Origin: a candidate division FCPU426 bacterium
GTDB lineage: Bacteria > Oederibacteriota > PGYV01 > Palsa-1178
Direction of reading: 5' to 3'
Assembly: GCA_963840035.1 (NCBI GenBank)
Contig: CAWIXE010000003.1
Span: 64,001 to 128,000 of the forward strand
DNA: 64,000 bases
Below the pieces are notes generated by a model, which was given only the letters and a program-made list of their open reading frames with translations, ran no database searches and had not been told where the DNA came from. Below are positions 9,968-20,497 of this stretch, one piece after another (the first letter of the stretch is position 1; every line of letters begins with the position of its first letter). The position numbers and the translations under genes were made by a program.

Positions 9968-10149
9968 AAACGAAAAAGAAAGAGAAAGAGGGCAGGGGAA
10001 AGGAACTTAACACGAAACAAAGGAATGTGGAAAGGGCGTCGGATTACATGAATTATAAGATAGGCCAGGAAGACGATATTTTTGTGCGGCTTCATATGAT
10101 ACTGGGGACCTCGAAAAAAGAACTGCGCAGCATGCTGGATAAATTTTAG
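9964..10149 (+). CDS. Small hypothetical protein (61 aa)
   Basis: RBS GGAGG. Confidence 0.55.
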   Translation: MKTKKKEKEGRGKELNTKQRNVERASDYMNYKIGQEDDIFVRLHMILGTSKKELRSMLDKF

Positions 10150-10253
10150 GCCCTTATAAACCGGAAAAAGCAGGACAGCCTGAGAAGGCGGGATTATATA
10201 TAAAAACCGGCGGATAGCCTCCGTCCGTTTATATATATAATCCTGAACTGTTT

Positions 10254-12767
10254 TTACTGGTACCTGTAGACCTGCATGGATCCGGAGCTGTCGTTATACG
10301 CGGCGTAAGGAAAACCGCCGGAATATGTTATAAAGGGATATGTCCCGGTAGTCGGCGTAAACGACGAGTCGGAATTGATGAAAATCCACGATGTGCCGTT
10401 AAATTTCCGCACAGCCCCCTTTGATGTGCCAAGAACAAGGTATGACACATAAACTTCATTGTACGCTACGGCTTTTATGGTGTTGTACCTGGATGCGACC
10501 ACTGACGGGAAGGAAGGCACCCCCAGGTCAACCCATGAAGACCCGTTCCACATGTGCACGACAGCCGCATTTGAGGAAACATTATATATGACATAAACGT
10601 GCGATGAATCAACCACGCTTATATCTATGTTTGAGCCTGTATCAGAGGGTTCGTAAGACACAAAACCGCCGCCTAAGTCAGCCCAGGCAGACGCCCCGTT
10701 TTTCCACATGACGCGGGGCCTGTTTCCGTCAGAGGCATCCACATACGCCACATAAAGTTTAAGCGAACCGTCATTATACCCGTCCATTGCCACTGAGGTA
10801 TACCCGTCCATCCTGGTGGGAGGGGTGAAATCAGCCGCCCCGTAGTTGACCCAGCCGGAGCTGTATGTTTTTACAGTTATGCTGTTTCCCTGAGTGGAGT
10901 CTGCATAAGCAACATATGGCGTATCACCGTCGGTGAAAATGCACGGCATTGAGCCGAACCCGAGGGAAGACCCGTATGTGGATGTCAGGTCGGAGCTCCT
11001 CCTGACATATATGGCGTCAGAGGTGTTGTCCGCGTAAGTTATGTAATCATATGTGGAGCCCTTTGCAAGCCATCTGTGGCCCATGGAGGACGCCTTCAGA
11101 GAGCAGTTTGCCGACCCCGCGTTGACATAAGCTGTCACGCTTTTAATAAAACCGGATGAAATCCCGGAACCGTCTGATGCAAGCACCGCGTTTGAGGCGG
11201 CTGACTGGGAGCCTGACGACTGGTAAACCCATGAGCCTAATGTGGGCTGGGTTGTGGGAGTTGTGGTCATGGTGGGGCTGTTCGTGGGCGTCGGCGAATT
11301 GGTAAACGTGCATGTGGGCGTCATGGCTATGGCTTCAAGTTTCAGGCTGTAACCGTAAGAGATAGAACCCGATACGGCTATATAAACCGGGCCGGGGGTC
11401 CTGACGTCGCGTATTATAGTGGTTGTACCCGGGGTGCTTTCATCCCTGGTATTTCCTCCGGAAAAATTAATGTAATAATATGACAGGGGGTCGCCCCACG
11501 CTGAAGCGGTGAGCACTTCATCACCCGGGGAATTATAAACCACATAATCATCGTCTGCTTCAGGCCATATAGAATGCGGCTGGGTCTCCCCGGCCGCAAT
11601 TGCTTTTGCTGAAGCTGTGTCATCATCCTGCTCATACGCGTCCTCAACGGGTTTTTCCGTGGGCGTGGCGGATGCCGTGGCTGAAGCGGTTATGGTTGAT
11701 GTCGGTGTGTGCGTGAAGTAAGTTACACTGTAAGAAAGGGTGTAACCGACAGGGACCGAAGGCTGCGTGTTTTCCAGGCGCAGATAGTAGTCGTCAGTGA
11801 CATTTGCCGCATCATGGTAAAGGTCATAAGTTGCCTGCACCTGCCCCGAGGAATAGTCATTTACAATCGGGATAAGCCCAAAAGGGTTGTGCGCGTAAGA
11901 AAGGTAGAGCGCGACATTTTCACATGAGGCGGTGCCGGCAGCGGTAATTGTCACCCTTCCCGGCGAATCCATGTGGAATATGAGCCAGTCGCGTTCGTCT
12001 GATTCGGGAAATAGAGTGTGCGCCTGCGGGCTGCCCGCGATAAGTGTTTTTGCTTCGGAATACCCATCATCAGGTTCATACGCGTCAGAGGCCCATTGAG
12101 TTTGCGTTATTGTCGGGGTCAGTGTAGTTGTGGATGAGATTGTATTGGTCTGTGTAGGGGTATGTGTGCCTGAAACACCAGGAGTGTTTGTTTCTGTCAC
12201 GCTTTCAGTCGGGCTCACTGTCTGGCTTAAGGTAAAAGTTTCAGTCGGAACCCCGGCAGCTGCGATATTAATTGAGAGGGTGTAAATAAAAGTATCGCAC
12301 CCTGGCGACGCGTAATTCCACGCGCGCGTGTTTCCATAATAGGTTCCCGGGTTTAAGCCTGTCACTGTCGATGATATCGGCGTAGTGCCGTCGCCGCCGA
12401 AGAGCGCGCCGTTGGCGGTATGCGTGACAGCGCCGTCATAGCTTTCCAGGTACATGGGTTTTGTGCTGGTCACGTCAATTGTCACGTCTGAAATTTCAGT
12501 AAGGGTAAAATAAAACCAGTCATCCTGGTTGCAGTCATGTATGGTTTTGTTCTGGGGGACTCCGGAGGTTATGGGTTTTGCCTGGGCCGGGATATCATCG
12601 GGTTCGTAAGCGTCAGGGAGAGGGTAAGTCGGGGTAATAGTGGGGCTGTTATAAGGCGGAGGCGGAGTGGGCGAAGAAGGTGATGATTTCGGCCCGCAGG
12701 ATACTATAAGGGCTAAGGATATTATTACTGCGATTGCGATGATGATATGGTTTTGAAATTTATTCAC
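10254..12767 (-). CDS. Surface lipoprotein with three DAYE(P/Q)DD-led PPC-like domains, Thr-rich linkers and a C-terminal propeller-like region
   Basis: Lipobox LIVSC; GTG 12767 follows GGGGAG; three repeated modules. Confidence 0.75.
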   Translation of the reverse strand: MNKFQNHIIIAIAVIISLALIVSCGPKSSPSSPTPPPPYNSPTITPTYPLPDAYEPDDIPAQAKPITSGVPQNKTIHDCNQDDWFYFTLTEISDVTIDVTSTKPMYLESYDGAVTHTANGALFGGDGTTPISSTVTGLNPGTYYGNTRAWNYASPGCDTFIYTLSINIAAAGVPTETFTLSQTVSPTESVTETNTPGVSGTHTPTQTNTISSTTTLTPTITQTQWASDAYEPDDGYSEAKTLIAGSPQAHTLFPESDERDWLIFHMDSPGRVTITAAGTASCENVALYLSYAHNPFGLIPIVNDYSSGQVQATYDLYHDAANVTDDYYLRLENTQPSVPVGYTLSYSVTYFTHTPTSTITASATASATPTEKPVEDAYEQDDDTASAKAIAAGETQPHSIWPEADDDYVVYNSPGDEVLTASAWGDPLSYYYINFSGGNTRDESTPGTTTIIRDVRTPGPVYIAVSGSISYGYSLKLEAIAMTPTCTFTNSPTPTNSPTMTTTPTTQPTLGSWVYQSSGSQSAASNAVLASDGSGISSGFIKSVTAYVNAGSANCSLKASSMGHRWLAKGSTYDYITYADNTSDAIYVRRSSDLTSTYGSSLGFGSMPCIFTDGDTPYVAYADSTQGNSITVKTYSSGWVNYGAADFTPPTRMDGYTSVAMDGYNDGSLKLYVAYVDASDGNRPRVMWKNGASAWADLGGGFVSYEPSDTGSNIDISVVDSSHVYVIYNVSSNAAVVHMWNGSSWVDLGVPSFPSVVASRYNTIKAVAYNEVYVSYLVLGTSKGAVRKFNGTSWIFINSDSSFTPTTGTYPFITYSGGFPYAAYNDSSGSMQVYRYQ

Positions 12768-13001
12768 AGACACGCTCCCCGGGCAGTTTTGATTGCAAAG
12801 CATACATATTATATAGCATATGATGAAAATTTTCAAATTAATATATGGTTAAAGGCGCGTTTTTAATTTCATTTATTGTATTTACATGCAGGTAAAAAAA
12901 TGTTTAAATTTATCGATGTTACTCGTTTAAATAAAGCAAAAAATGACTTAGGGCAAATAAATGGATAAAACAACAAAAGCAGGCGGCACAGGAGGCGGAG
13001 C

Positions 13002-13757
13002 ATGGGAACATTTTTTAAAAGGCACGGGATACTTTTATACACATCAGTTGTTGTAATTATCTTTATCGGCATAAAGTTTGTGGCGCATCATTTCAGGCTT
13101 GAGTTTATACCTGTTAACCCCATATTAAACAGCCTGATAGCCGGCGCCACATTTATATGCGGGTTTCTTTTAGCCGGCGTGCTGGCAGACTATAAGGAAA
13201 GCGAGAGGGTACCCGCGGAAATACGCGGTTCCATGGAAAACATATGGGAAGAGGCGTCGTCGTTTAAAAAACAGAACCCGCAGTTTGACCTGGAAAAAAC
13301 CAGGGATAATTTAAAGGGAATCTTAAGGGCTTTTTTTGAAGGGATAAAAAAGACTGATTTTAACAGCTGCCTGGGGCTCATAGACTCGCTTTCAGCCAGG
13401 TTTGACGAGATGGCAAAGCTGGGCTTTCTGCCTAACTACGTGGTCAGGCTTAAGGCTGAGCAGGGAAACATACGCAGGATGGTGCTCCGGGTATATCACA
13501 TGCAAAAGACCACATTCCTGCCATCCGCCTACATGCTGGGGGAATCAATGGTTTTCCTGATAGTGATGATACTGCTCTTTGTCAAAACAGAGCCGTACTA
13601 TGAGGGCATATTCCTTTTTACCATAGTATCATACATGTTCATCTATATCACAAAACTCATACGCACGGTAGAGACTCCCTTTAAGGAAGGTGAGGATTCC
13701 ATGGATGAAGTGAGCCACTTTTTAATGCATGACTTTGAGAGTGAGCTTGATAAGTGA
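13002..13757 (+). CDS. Membrane protein, bestrophin-like/DUF4239-like
   Basis: 2+2 TM helices around a helical loop; C-terminal ETPF motif. Confidence 0.55.
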   Translation: MGTFFKRHGILLYTSVVVIIFIGIKFVAHHFRLEFIPVNPILNSLIAGATFICGFLLAGVLADYKESERVPAEIRGSMENIWEEASSFKKQNPQFDLEKTRDNLKGILRAFFEGIKKTDFNSCLGLIDSLSARFDEMAKLGFLPNYVVRLKAEQGNIRRMVLRVYHMQKTTFLPSAYMLGESMVFLIVMILLFVKTEPYYEGIFLFTIVSYMFIYITKLIRTVETPFKEGEDSMDEVSHFLMHDFESELDK

Positions 13758-14668
13758 TAATAATGAAAAATAGAAAATGGCTGTTGTGGGCGGCCCTTTT
13801 CCTGCTTTATACCACGTGGAGTTCCACGTACCTGGCCATACGTGTGGCTGTTAAAACCATACCTCCGCTTGCCATGACATCAATACGTTTTATCGCGGCA
13901 GGCGGGCTCATGCTGCTTATAGCATTCTTAAGGCGCGAGAAAAACCCGTCCCTGAAAGAATGGGCCGCGGGCAGCCTTGTCGGGGTGATACTTTTTCTGG
14001 GCGCGAATGTACTGTTGTGCTACGCGGAGCAAAGCGTCAGCTCCGGAATATCAGCCGTGGCAGTTTCATCAGGTGCCATATGGATATGCCTTTTTTCCGG
14101 TTTCTTCGGCAGGTGGCCGACTAAAATGGAATGGGCCGGTATCGCCCTGGGTTTCGCCGGAATCGCCATACTCGCCACAGGACGGGAAATGAGCGGAAAT
14201 ATACTGGGAACAATACTGCTCATACTTTCGTCTATGGTATGGGCTTTCGGATCGGTCTTAAGCACCCGGCTTCCGGTCCCAAAAGGTTTTATGGGAAGCG
14301 GCGTTGAAATGTCAGCCGGCGGCATCGCAAGCCTGATTGTTGTTATTGTCACGGGCCAGGGGCTCCACTTTAACCCGTCGCGGGAGTCAGTGATTGCCCT
14401 CATATATTTGGTTATAATAGGCGCCATGGTGGGTTTCTCCGCCTTCATGTACGTCTTCCAGAACGCCAGGCCGGCGCTGGCATCGAGCTATTCGTATGTA
14501 AACACTATAGGCGCTGTAATACTGGGCGCCGTTATACTTAAGGAACAGGTCGGAAGCCGCGAGATAGTCGCGATGATTGTTGTAGTGGCAGGGGTTATAG
14601 TCATTGCGCTTGCGGGAATGAAGGCAAAGCCCGGAATAAAAAAGACAGTGCCGGATATCGAAAATTAG
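13754..14668 (+). CDS. yedA: EamA/DMT transporter, YedA-like
   Basis: WSSTYLAIR, AEQSVSSG and SYSYVN motifs; about 10 TM helices. Confidence 0.85.
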   Translation: MIIMKNRKWLLWAALFLLYTTWSSTYLAIRVAVKTIPPLAMTSIRFIAAGGLMLLIAFLRREKNPSLKEWAAGSLVGVILFLGANVLLCYAEQSVSSGISAVAVSSGAIWICLFSGFFGRWPTKMEWAGIALGFAGIAILATGREMSGNILGTILLILSSMVWAFGSVLSTRLPVPKGFMGSGVEMSAGGIASLIVVIVTGQGLHFNPSRESVIALIYLVIIGAMVGFSAFMYVFQNARPALASSYSYVNTIGAVILGAVILKEQVGSREIVAMIVVVAGVIVIALAGMKAKPGIKKTVPDIEN

Positions 14669-14758
14669 TCGGTATTTAGTGGAAAAATAGGGGCGTTCTT
14701 TTCTTGACAGAAACCGTCTTTTTGTTAATAATGGATGATATTATTATAATGAGGAAAC

Positions 14759-17728
14759 ATGGGTAAAACGATTAAAACCACAGTTATTACAGTTGTATTT
14801 GCTTTTTTAGCCGTATTTGCGTATGCGCAGCCGCCGGAACTGCAGTATGAGTTCGCTCAGAGGCTCTTTAGCAACGATAATTACGGGCTGGCTGAGACCA
14901 TATTCAATTCGTTCTCGACGTCCTTTCCTGAAGCCAAGCTGGCCGGCAACGCGCGTTTTATGGCGGGGGAGACAGAGTACAATACGGGGCAGTATAAAAA
15001 GGCCCTCGACGCCTACATTTCCATAGTTGAAAAATATCCCTCCACCAAGACAAAATTCAAAAAAGAACTCTATTACAGGACAGCGGAGTGCTATTTCCAG
15101 CTTAAAGACTACCCCAACTCCATCAAATACATAGAACTTCTCCTGAAAGAATACCCGGGTTCATACCTTACCAAAGACGCCTATCTGCTCCTGGGGGAGA
15201 ACCGTTTTTTAAACGGCGATTATGACGCGGCCATAGACGCCTTAAACCGCATGGACTCATTCAATGACTACGCGCACTTTGATTATGTCTATTACTTAAA
15301 GGGCCGCGTGTATTACGAGAAATCCATGGACTGCGGCCCTAAGATGGATGAAAATCTGAAGGAATCCATAAGGTACTTTGACAGGGTCAAGACAGAATAC
15401 CCGCAGTCCAAAATAATCAGCCACTCCGAGTTCAGGAAGGCCAACGCGCTTTACGCTTTAAAGCAGTACGAACCGTCGATCAAAATAATCACCGGACTTA
15501 TAGGGAAAGAACAGGATCCCAAGCTTAAGGTCCTGATGAAATATTTCCTTGCCTGGAATTATTACATGACAAAGCAGTATAAAAAAGCCATATCCATATA
15601 TGACGATGTCATAGACAATTACGGCGAAGACCTGCTCAAGATATGGTCGGAGTATAAAAAGGGACTGTGCTACGAGGCTTTGAATGATAATGATAAGGCT
15701 CTGGCGCAGTATAAAAAGGTTATAACTGAGCACCCGGACACTGTGCCGGCGGCTTACGCGCAGTACGCTCTCGCGCAGAATCTTTATAATAAAAAGGATT
15801 ACTACGAGGCTTTAAGCGAGTTTGAAACGGTAGTGACAAAGTATAACGTGGAGGAACTAACCCGCGCCGCGTCATTCATGTCGGCCGACATCTATGTGAC
15901 GCTGAATAATTTTTCAAAGGCGAGGGAGATATATTCAATAATAGAAAAGGCAAATGACGCCGACCGTTTTACCGCAAGGTATATGGAGGCGTGGTGCATG
16001 TATAAGGAAGCCAACTACGACGGCTCCACCGCGATTTACGCAGGGCTCATAAGCGACCCGGCAGCGCCGCTGGAGCTGAAGAAAAAATCAGTTTTAAAAA
16101 CCGGCGATAATTTCTATGAACTTGGCAACAGCGCCGAGGCTGTAAAATACTATGACATGGCAGCCTTGGATTCCGAAGGGTTCCCTGACGTGCTCGCCGA
16201 GGCGTTATACGGCAAGGGGTGGGTGCTCTACGGACAGGGAAAACTGAACGAAGCCATGGAAGCATTTAACCGCGTAAAAAAGTCGGCAAAGTCCAGGGAA
16301 ATAAAACTGAAGGCTGATTTTATGAGGGCTAACGCCTTATACGGCAATTATAAGTTTGACGAAGCGCTCACGCTTTACACATCCATCATGGATGAAAAAT
16401 CCATACCCGAATCCATGCGCAGCGATTCCGTGTTTTACGCGGGATGGTGTTATTACAGGAAGGAAAATTTTGACAAAGCAGTCTCGCTGTGGGAGCGGTA
16501 TAAGACTATGGTAAGCGACCCGGTAAAAAAGGCGGAGGCGCAGTACAGGATAGGCTGGTCATATTTCAGGCAGAATATTTTTGACAGGGCCATTACGGAA
16601 TTTAAAGTGATTCTTGATAATTATAAGGCGACCCACCTGTACCAGGAAGCGCTGTTAAAGACAGGAGACAGTTACTATAATATGAAGGATTATAACAAGG
16701 CCATTGAGTTCTATAAGGAGCTCGTTGACAAGTTCCCGCAGCACTACAGGATAGGCGAGGCGCTATACGGCATACAGTGGTCATATTACCAGTTAAACGA
16801 GCCGGAAAAGGCCATAGAACTTTCAAAAGAGTTCGTTGACAAGTACCCGGACTCGTCCTTCTCGCCGGAAATACAGTACAGGGTGGCGGAGCATTATTAT
16901 AATACGGGCAATTACGCTACGGCCGTAAAAGAGTTCTCCAAATTCATAGACAAGAACCCGAAAAACGACCTCGCTGACAACGCCTATTACTGGCTTGGCA
17001 TTTCCCACCTGACACTTAAAAATTACGGGGACGGGGTTACGGCATTAAGGAACCTGGTGGTAAAATTCCCGGCGACCCAGTTCGCTGAAAAAGCGATATT
17101 TAAGACCGCGGGCGCGTATTACCAGCTCCATGACTACACGAACGCCGCGGCCACCTATACGGAATTCATAGAAAAATACAAGGATTCAAAATACATGGCT
17201 GACGCGTATTTCAACCTTGCCATGTCGTACAAAAGGAACGGCGACCTGGAAAACACAAAGAAGTGGTATGGAAAACTCATAGCGGAGTTTAAAGATTCGG
17301 AACTCTATGAAAAGGCGCACATGAACCTGGCTTACCTTCTCCAGGATAATAAGGAATATGACGCGGCCATTGATATGTTCAAAAAAGTTGTGGACGGAAA
17401 AATGACAAAAGCGGCTGAGGCGCAGTTCTGGATAGCCGACTGCCTGTCGTCAAAGAAGGAATATGACGCGGCAGCGGAAGAATACATGAAGGTGTATGAC
17501 AACTATAAATCGGAAGAGCTATGGGTGATATCGGCCCTTGACGCGGCGGGAAAAATATATGAGAAAAAAGGCGACTTAAAAAGCGCGATTAAGGCGTATA
17601 AAAAATTAATGGGATCCACGAAACAGGCAAAGTACACCGAGACGGCCGCGAAGAAAATATCCCTGCTTGAGGAGCAGTACAAGCTTTTAAACCCGGCCGA
17701 AGGCCCGGTAAAAGGGAAGGCAAAATGA
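14759..17728 (+). CDS. Giant exported TPR protein (BamD/CpoB-type repeats)
   Basis: Signal peptide ending AYA; tandem 'YP.S..A..A.Y..G' TPRs along almost the whole 989 aa. Confidence 0.9.
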   Translation: MGKTIKTTVITVVFAFLAVFAYAQPPELQYEFAQRLFSNDNYGLAETIFNSFSTSFPEAKLAGNARFMAGETEYNTGQYKKALDAYISIVEKYPSTKTKFKKELYYRTAECYFQLKDYPNSIKYIELLLKEYPGSYLTKDAYLLLGENRFLNGDYDAAIDALNRMDSFNDYAHFDYVYYLKGRVYYEKSMDCGPKMDENLKESIRYFDRVKTEYPQSKIISHSEFRKANALYALKQYEPSIKIITGLIGKEQDPKLKVLMKYFLAWNYYMTKQYKKAISIYDDVIDNYGEDLLKIWSEYKKGLCYEALNDNDKALAQYKKVITEHPDTVPAAYAQYALAQNLYNKKDYYEALSEFETVVTKYNVEELTRAASFMSADIYVTLNNFSKAREIYSIIEKANDADRFTARYMEAWCMYKEANYDGSTAIYAGLISDPAAPLELKKKSVLKTGDNFYELGNSAEAVKYYDMAALDSEGFPDVLAEALYGKGWVLYGQGKLNEAMEAFNRVKKSAKSREIKLKADFMRANALYGNYKFDEALTLYTSIMDEKSIPESMRSDSVFYAGWCYYRKENFDKAVSLWERYKTMVSDPVKKAEAQYRIGWSYFRQNIFDRAITEFKVILDNYKATHLYQEALLKTGDSYYNMKDYNKAIEFYKELVDKFPQHYRIGEALYGIQWSYYQLNEPEKAIELSKEFVDKYPDSSFSPEIQYRVAEHYYNTGNYATAVKEFSKFIDKNPKNDLADNAYYWLGISHLTLKNYGDGVTALRNLVVKFPATQFAEKAIFKTAGAYYQLHDYTNAAATYTEFIEKYKDSKYMADAYFNLAMSYKRNGDLENTKKWYGKLIAEFKDSELYEKAHMNLAYLLQDNKEYDAAIDMFKKVVDGKMTKAAEAQFWIADCLSSKKEYDAAAEEYMKVYDNYKSEELWVISALDAAGKIYEKKGDLKSAIKAYKKLMGSTKQAKYTETAAKKISLLEEQYKLLNPAEGPVKGKAK

Positions 17729-19425
17729 AAAAAATAATAATACTCCTGATGGCGGCTTTATTCGCGGCGCCGGCTTATTGCGCGGACTCGGAAGCTGACG
17801 CCATAAAGGACATACAGGAAAAACCCGTATATGAAAAAGGCTCCTACGCGGCCAGCGAGGACACCACCACGCTTAACGCGAAAAAAGGCGAGGGTTTTGA
17901 TTTCAAGGTGCCCGAGATTATCATCACGGGCCAGGTGGACACCAAAATAATGCTCAAAAGGGAAATAACAAGCCTGGAGAATTTACAGAGCGTTAAGAAC
18001 ATATTATATGAGAATGAGAAAATATATATGCCCGATTATTACTTAAAGGAAGAGGCTTTAACGCCAAAGGCCCTTGAGATGGCGGCAAACAGGGACTTTG
18101 TGGGGCAGCTTAAGCTGCTGGCCGGAAGTTACTCAAACATTTTCGCGGACGGCATCATAGGGAAGGCTTTTGACAAAGACAACAAGGTTGTGGTCAGGGT
18201 AATGCATAATAACTTTGACAATGAAAGGGTCAACGGCGTGGACACTTACAAGAATATTAACAACGCCGACCTTTATTATTCCACAAAGTATGATTTTGTG
18301 GACGCTGTTTACAGGCTCGGCGGGGATTTAAGCGTGTATTCGTCGCCTTTCCCGGCTGACCCGGCTTATGCCAGGAGCCAGAGCGTAAATGAGGCGCTTG
18401 CTTCGGCAGGCTACTCGTTTGGCCTGGAAAAATACCTTATTAACGCGGCAGTTTCATACCAGTACCTCGGAATATTAAAGGACGGCGGAGGCTATGTTTT
18501 TAAGGAAAACAGGACTTCGCTTAAGGCGTCAGTGGAGCGCGATTTTGACATAGACGGCGGCTCCAAGGTCAAGCTGGTTTCCATGCTTGACGGCTGGCAC
18601 GCCAACCAGTCCTACGGGAATGAACTCCGGGACAACTGCATGAACCTTAATATTTTCGCGAAGGGGATTCTTTACCTTGAGCCATGGGTAGTTCAGATCG
18701 GGCTTTCTTTAAGGGATTTCAAACTGGCGGATAATTACTTCGCGCTTAACCCGTACATAAAAGCCAATTATGACATACTTCCGGACCTATCAGCATACGC
18801 TGAGTTTACACCTGAAATGGCAATCCCCGATTACGCGGCCATGCTGCCGGGCCACTTCATAAAGCCGGCATCGGGGATTAAGCCGACGACCGAGAACATA
18901 GACCTTAAAGCGGGTGTTAACTTTAATTTCTTTGAAGTGTTTTTTAACGCGTATTACGGATATAAATCGCTTAAAGACAATATTTACCTGGACGAAATAC
19001 CGGGCACGGGCATTTTTGAGCCGCTTAATAACAGCCTGGATTACAGTTTTGCCGGAATTGAGCTCGAGACATTGAAATTAAAAGGGCTTACCATAAGCGC
19101 CGGTTATGAATACAGGAACATAGTAAGCGCGGATACGCAGGCTGTGACATACCTGCCCAACAATGAGTTTAATTTAAAACTTTCAGCCGATATCTTTGAA
19201 TGGACATTCAAAACTTCGGCGGCCCTGCGCAGCGGCACATACGGGACATCGTCAAAAAGGCTGCCCGCCTGCGCAGTCATAGACCTCTCATTATCCAGGA
19301 AAATAAACGATTTCCTCACTGTTGAGGGGTATATAAATAACGTGTTGAATAATAGCTATTATCTGTTATATTATTATAAAGAAAAATTATTGAATCTCGG
19401 AATCGGAGCAACCTTAAACTTTTAA
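17725..19425 (+). CDS. Outer-membrane beta-barrel, short TonB-dependent-receptor-like
   Basis: Signal peptide; TonB-box-like EIIITG; amphipathic strands; INNVLN motif; C-terminal Phe. Confidence 0.7.
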   Translation: MKKIIILLMAALFAAPAYCADSEADAIKDIQEKPVYEKGSYAASEDTTTLNAKKGEGFDFKVPEIIITGQVDTKIMLKREITSLENLQSVKNILYENEKIYMPDYYLKEEALTPKALEMAANRDFVGQLKLLAGSYSNIFADGIIGKAFDKDNKVVVRVMHNNFDNERVNGVDTYKNINNADLYYSTKYDFVDAVYRLGGDLSVYSSPFPADPAYARSQSVNEALASAGYSFGLEKYLINAAVSYQYLGILKDGGGYVFKENRTSLKASVERDFDIDGGSKVKLVSMLDGWHANQSYGNELRDNCMNLNIFAKGILYLEPWVVQIGLSLRDFKLADNYFALNPYIKANYDILPDLSAYAEFTPEMAIPDYAAMLPGHFIKPASGIKPTTENIDLKAGVNFNFFEVFFNAYYGYKSLKDNIYLDEIPGTGIFEPLNNSLDYSFAGIELETLKLKGLTISAGYEYRNIVSADTQAVTYLPNNEFNLKLSADIFEWTFKTSAALRSGTYGTSSKRLPACAVIDLSLSRKINDFLTVEGYINNVLNNSYYLLYYYKEKLLNLGIGATLNF

Positions 19426-19442
19426 CCCTTTAGGAGGATACC

Positions 19443-20060
19443 ATGTTTGGAGAATTGTCATTCTGGCAGATGCTTATGAAAGGCGGCGTGACCGTCATAG
19501 TATTAATCGCCGTTTCTGTTTTGTCGTGGTGGATCATTATTGACAGGATAATCAGGCTAGGAAAGGCGAGGGTAAAACCGGCCGAGTTCATGGAAAAGGT
19601 AAGGCGTATGGTCGAATCAGAGGACGATGACGCAGTCATCACCCTGTGCCAGTCCACATCCGGCGTCATACCTGCTGTCATACTTGAAGGGATGAAAAAC
19701 AAGAAAAAGGACACCGATAAGATAGAAGCTGCCATGCAAAGGACCTTAAACGCGGAAAGCGAACGCCTGCAGTCGCTGTTAGGCTGGCTCGGCACCATCG
19801 GCAACGTCACACCGTTCGTCGGATTATTCGGAACCGTCCTGGGCATTATCAGGGCGTTCCATGACCTGTCGCTCTCATCAGGCGGAGGCCCGGCAGTTGT
19901 GGCTTCCGGCATAGCAGAAGCGCTTGTGGCAACGGCCACGGGCATATTTGTGGCCATACCCGCGGTAATATTTTACAATTATTTCGTGCGCATGATAGAC
20001 ACGGTGGAAACAGAGGCCATTAACGCGGCTTCGGAATTCATAGAGATCATAGAGGGCTGA
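19443..20060 (+). CDS. exbB: ExbB/TolQ/MotA proton channel
   Basis: PFVGLFGTVLGII and GIAEALVATATG. Confidence 0.92.
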   Translation: MFGELSFWQMLMKGGVTVIVLIAVSVLSWWIIIDRIIRLGKARVKPAEFMEKVRRMVESEDDDAVITLCQSTSGVIPAVILEGMKNKKKDTDKIEAAMQRTLNAESERLQSLLGWLGTIGNVTPFVGLFGTVLGIIRAFHDLSLSSGGGPAVVASGIAEALVATATGIFVAIPAVIFYNYFVRMIDTVETEAINAASEFIEIIEG

Positions 20061-20061
20061 T

Positions 20062-20496
20062 ATGCTTAAAAAAAGGGAACGCGAAAAGTTAATATCCGAC
20101 ATAAACATAACACCGCTGACTGACGTCATGCTTGTGCTGCTTATCATATTCATGGTCACCACGCCCTTTATCATCCAGGGTAATATCAAAATCAACCTGC
20201 CGTCGGCCAAGGCGCCATCCGACGAGATGCTCGAGCAGAACATTGTAGTCGGCGTATCCCAGGACGGAAAAGCATATTTAAACGGCAAGGAAATGGCCGA
20301 TGATACGCAGCTTTCAACGGAACTTAAGGATATCATTACAAAGACCGGCAATAAAAGGGTCATCATAGAAGGCGACAAGCTTACAATGCACGGCAATATC
20401 GTAAAAATAATGGGGATAGCAAGGGATTCAGGCGCTGACAAGCTGGCCATATCCACCATACCGGATACAACCGGAGTAAAAGAGGAAAAAAAATAA
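20062..20496 (+). CDS. exbD: ExbD/TolR
   Basis: INITPLTDVMLVLLIIFMVT. Confidence 0.93.
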   Translation: MLKKREREKLISDINITPLTDVMLVLLIIFMVTTPFIIQGNIKINLPSAKAPSDEMLEQNIVVGVSQDGKAYLNGKEMADDTQLSTELKDIITKTGNKRVIIEGDKLTMHGNIVKIMGIARDSGADKLAISTIPDTTGVKEEKK

Positions 20497-20497
20497 A

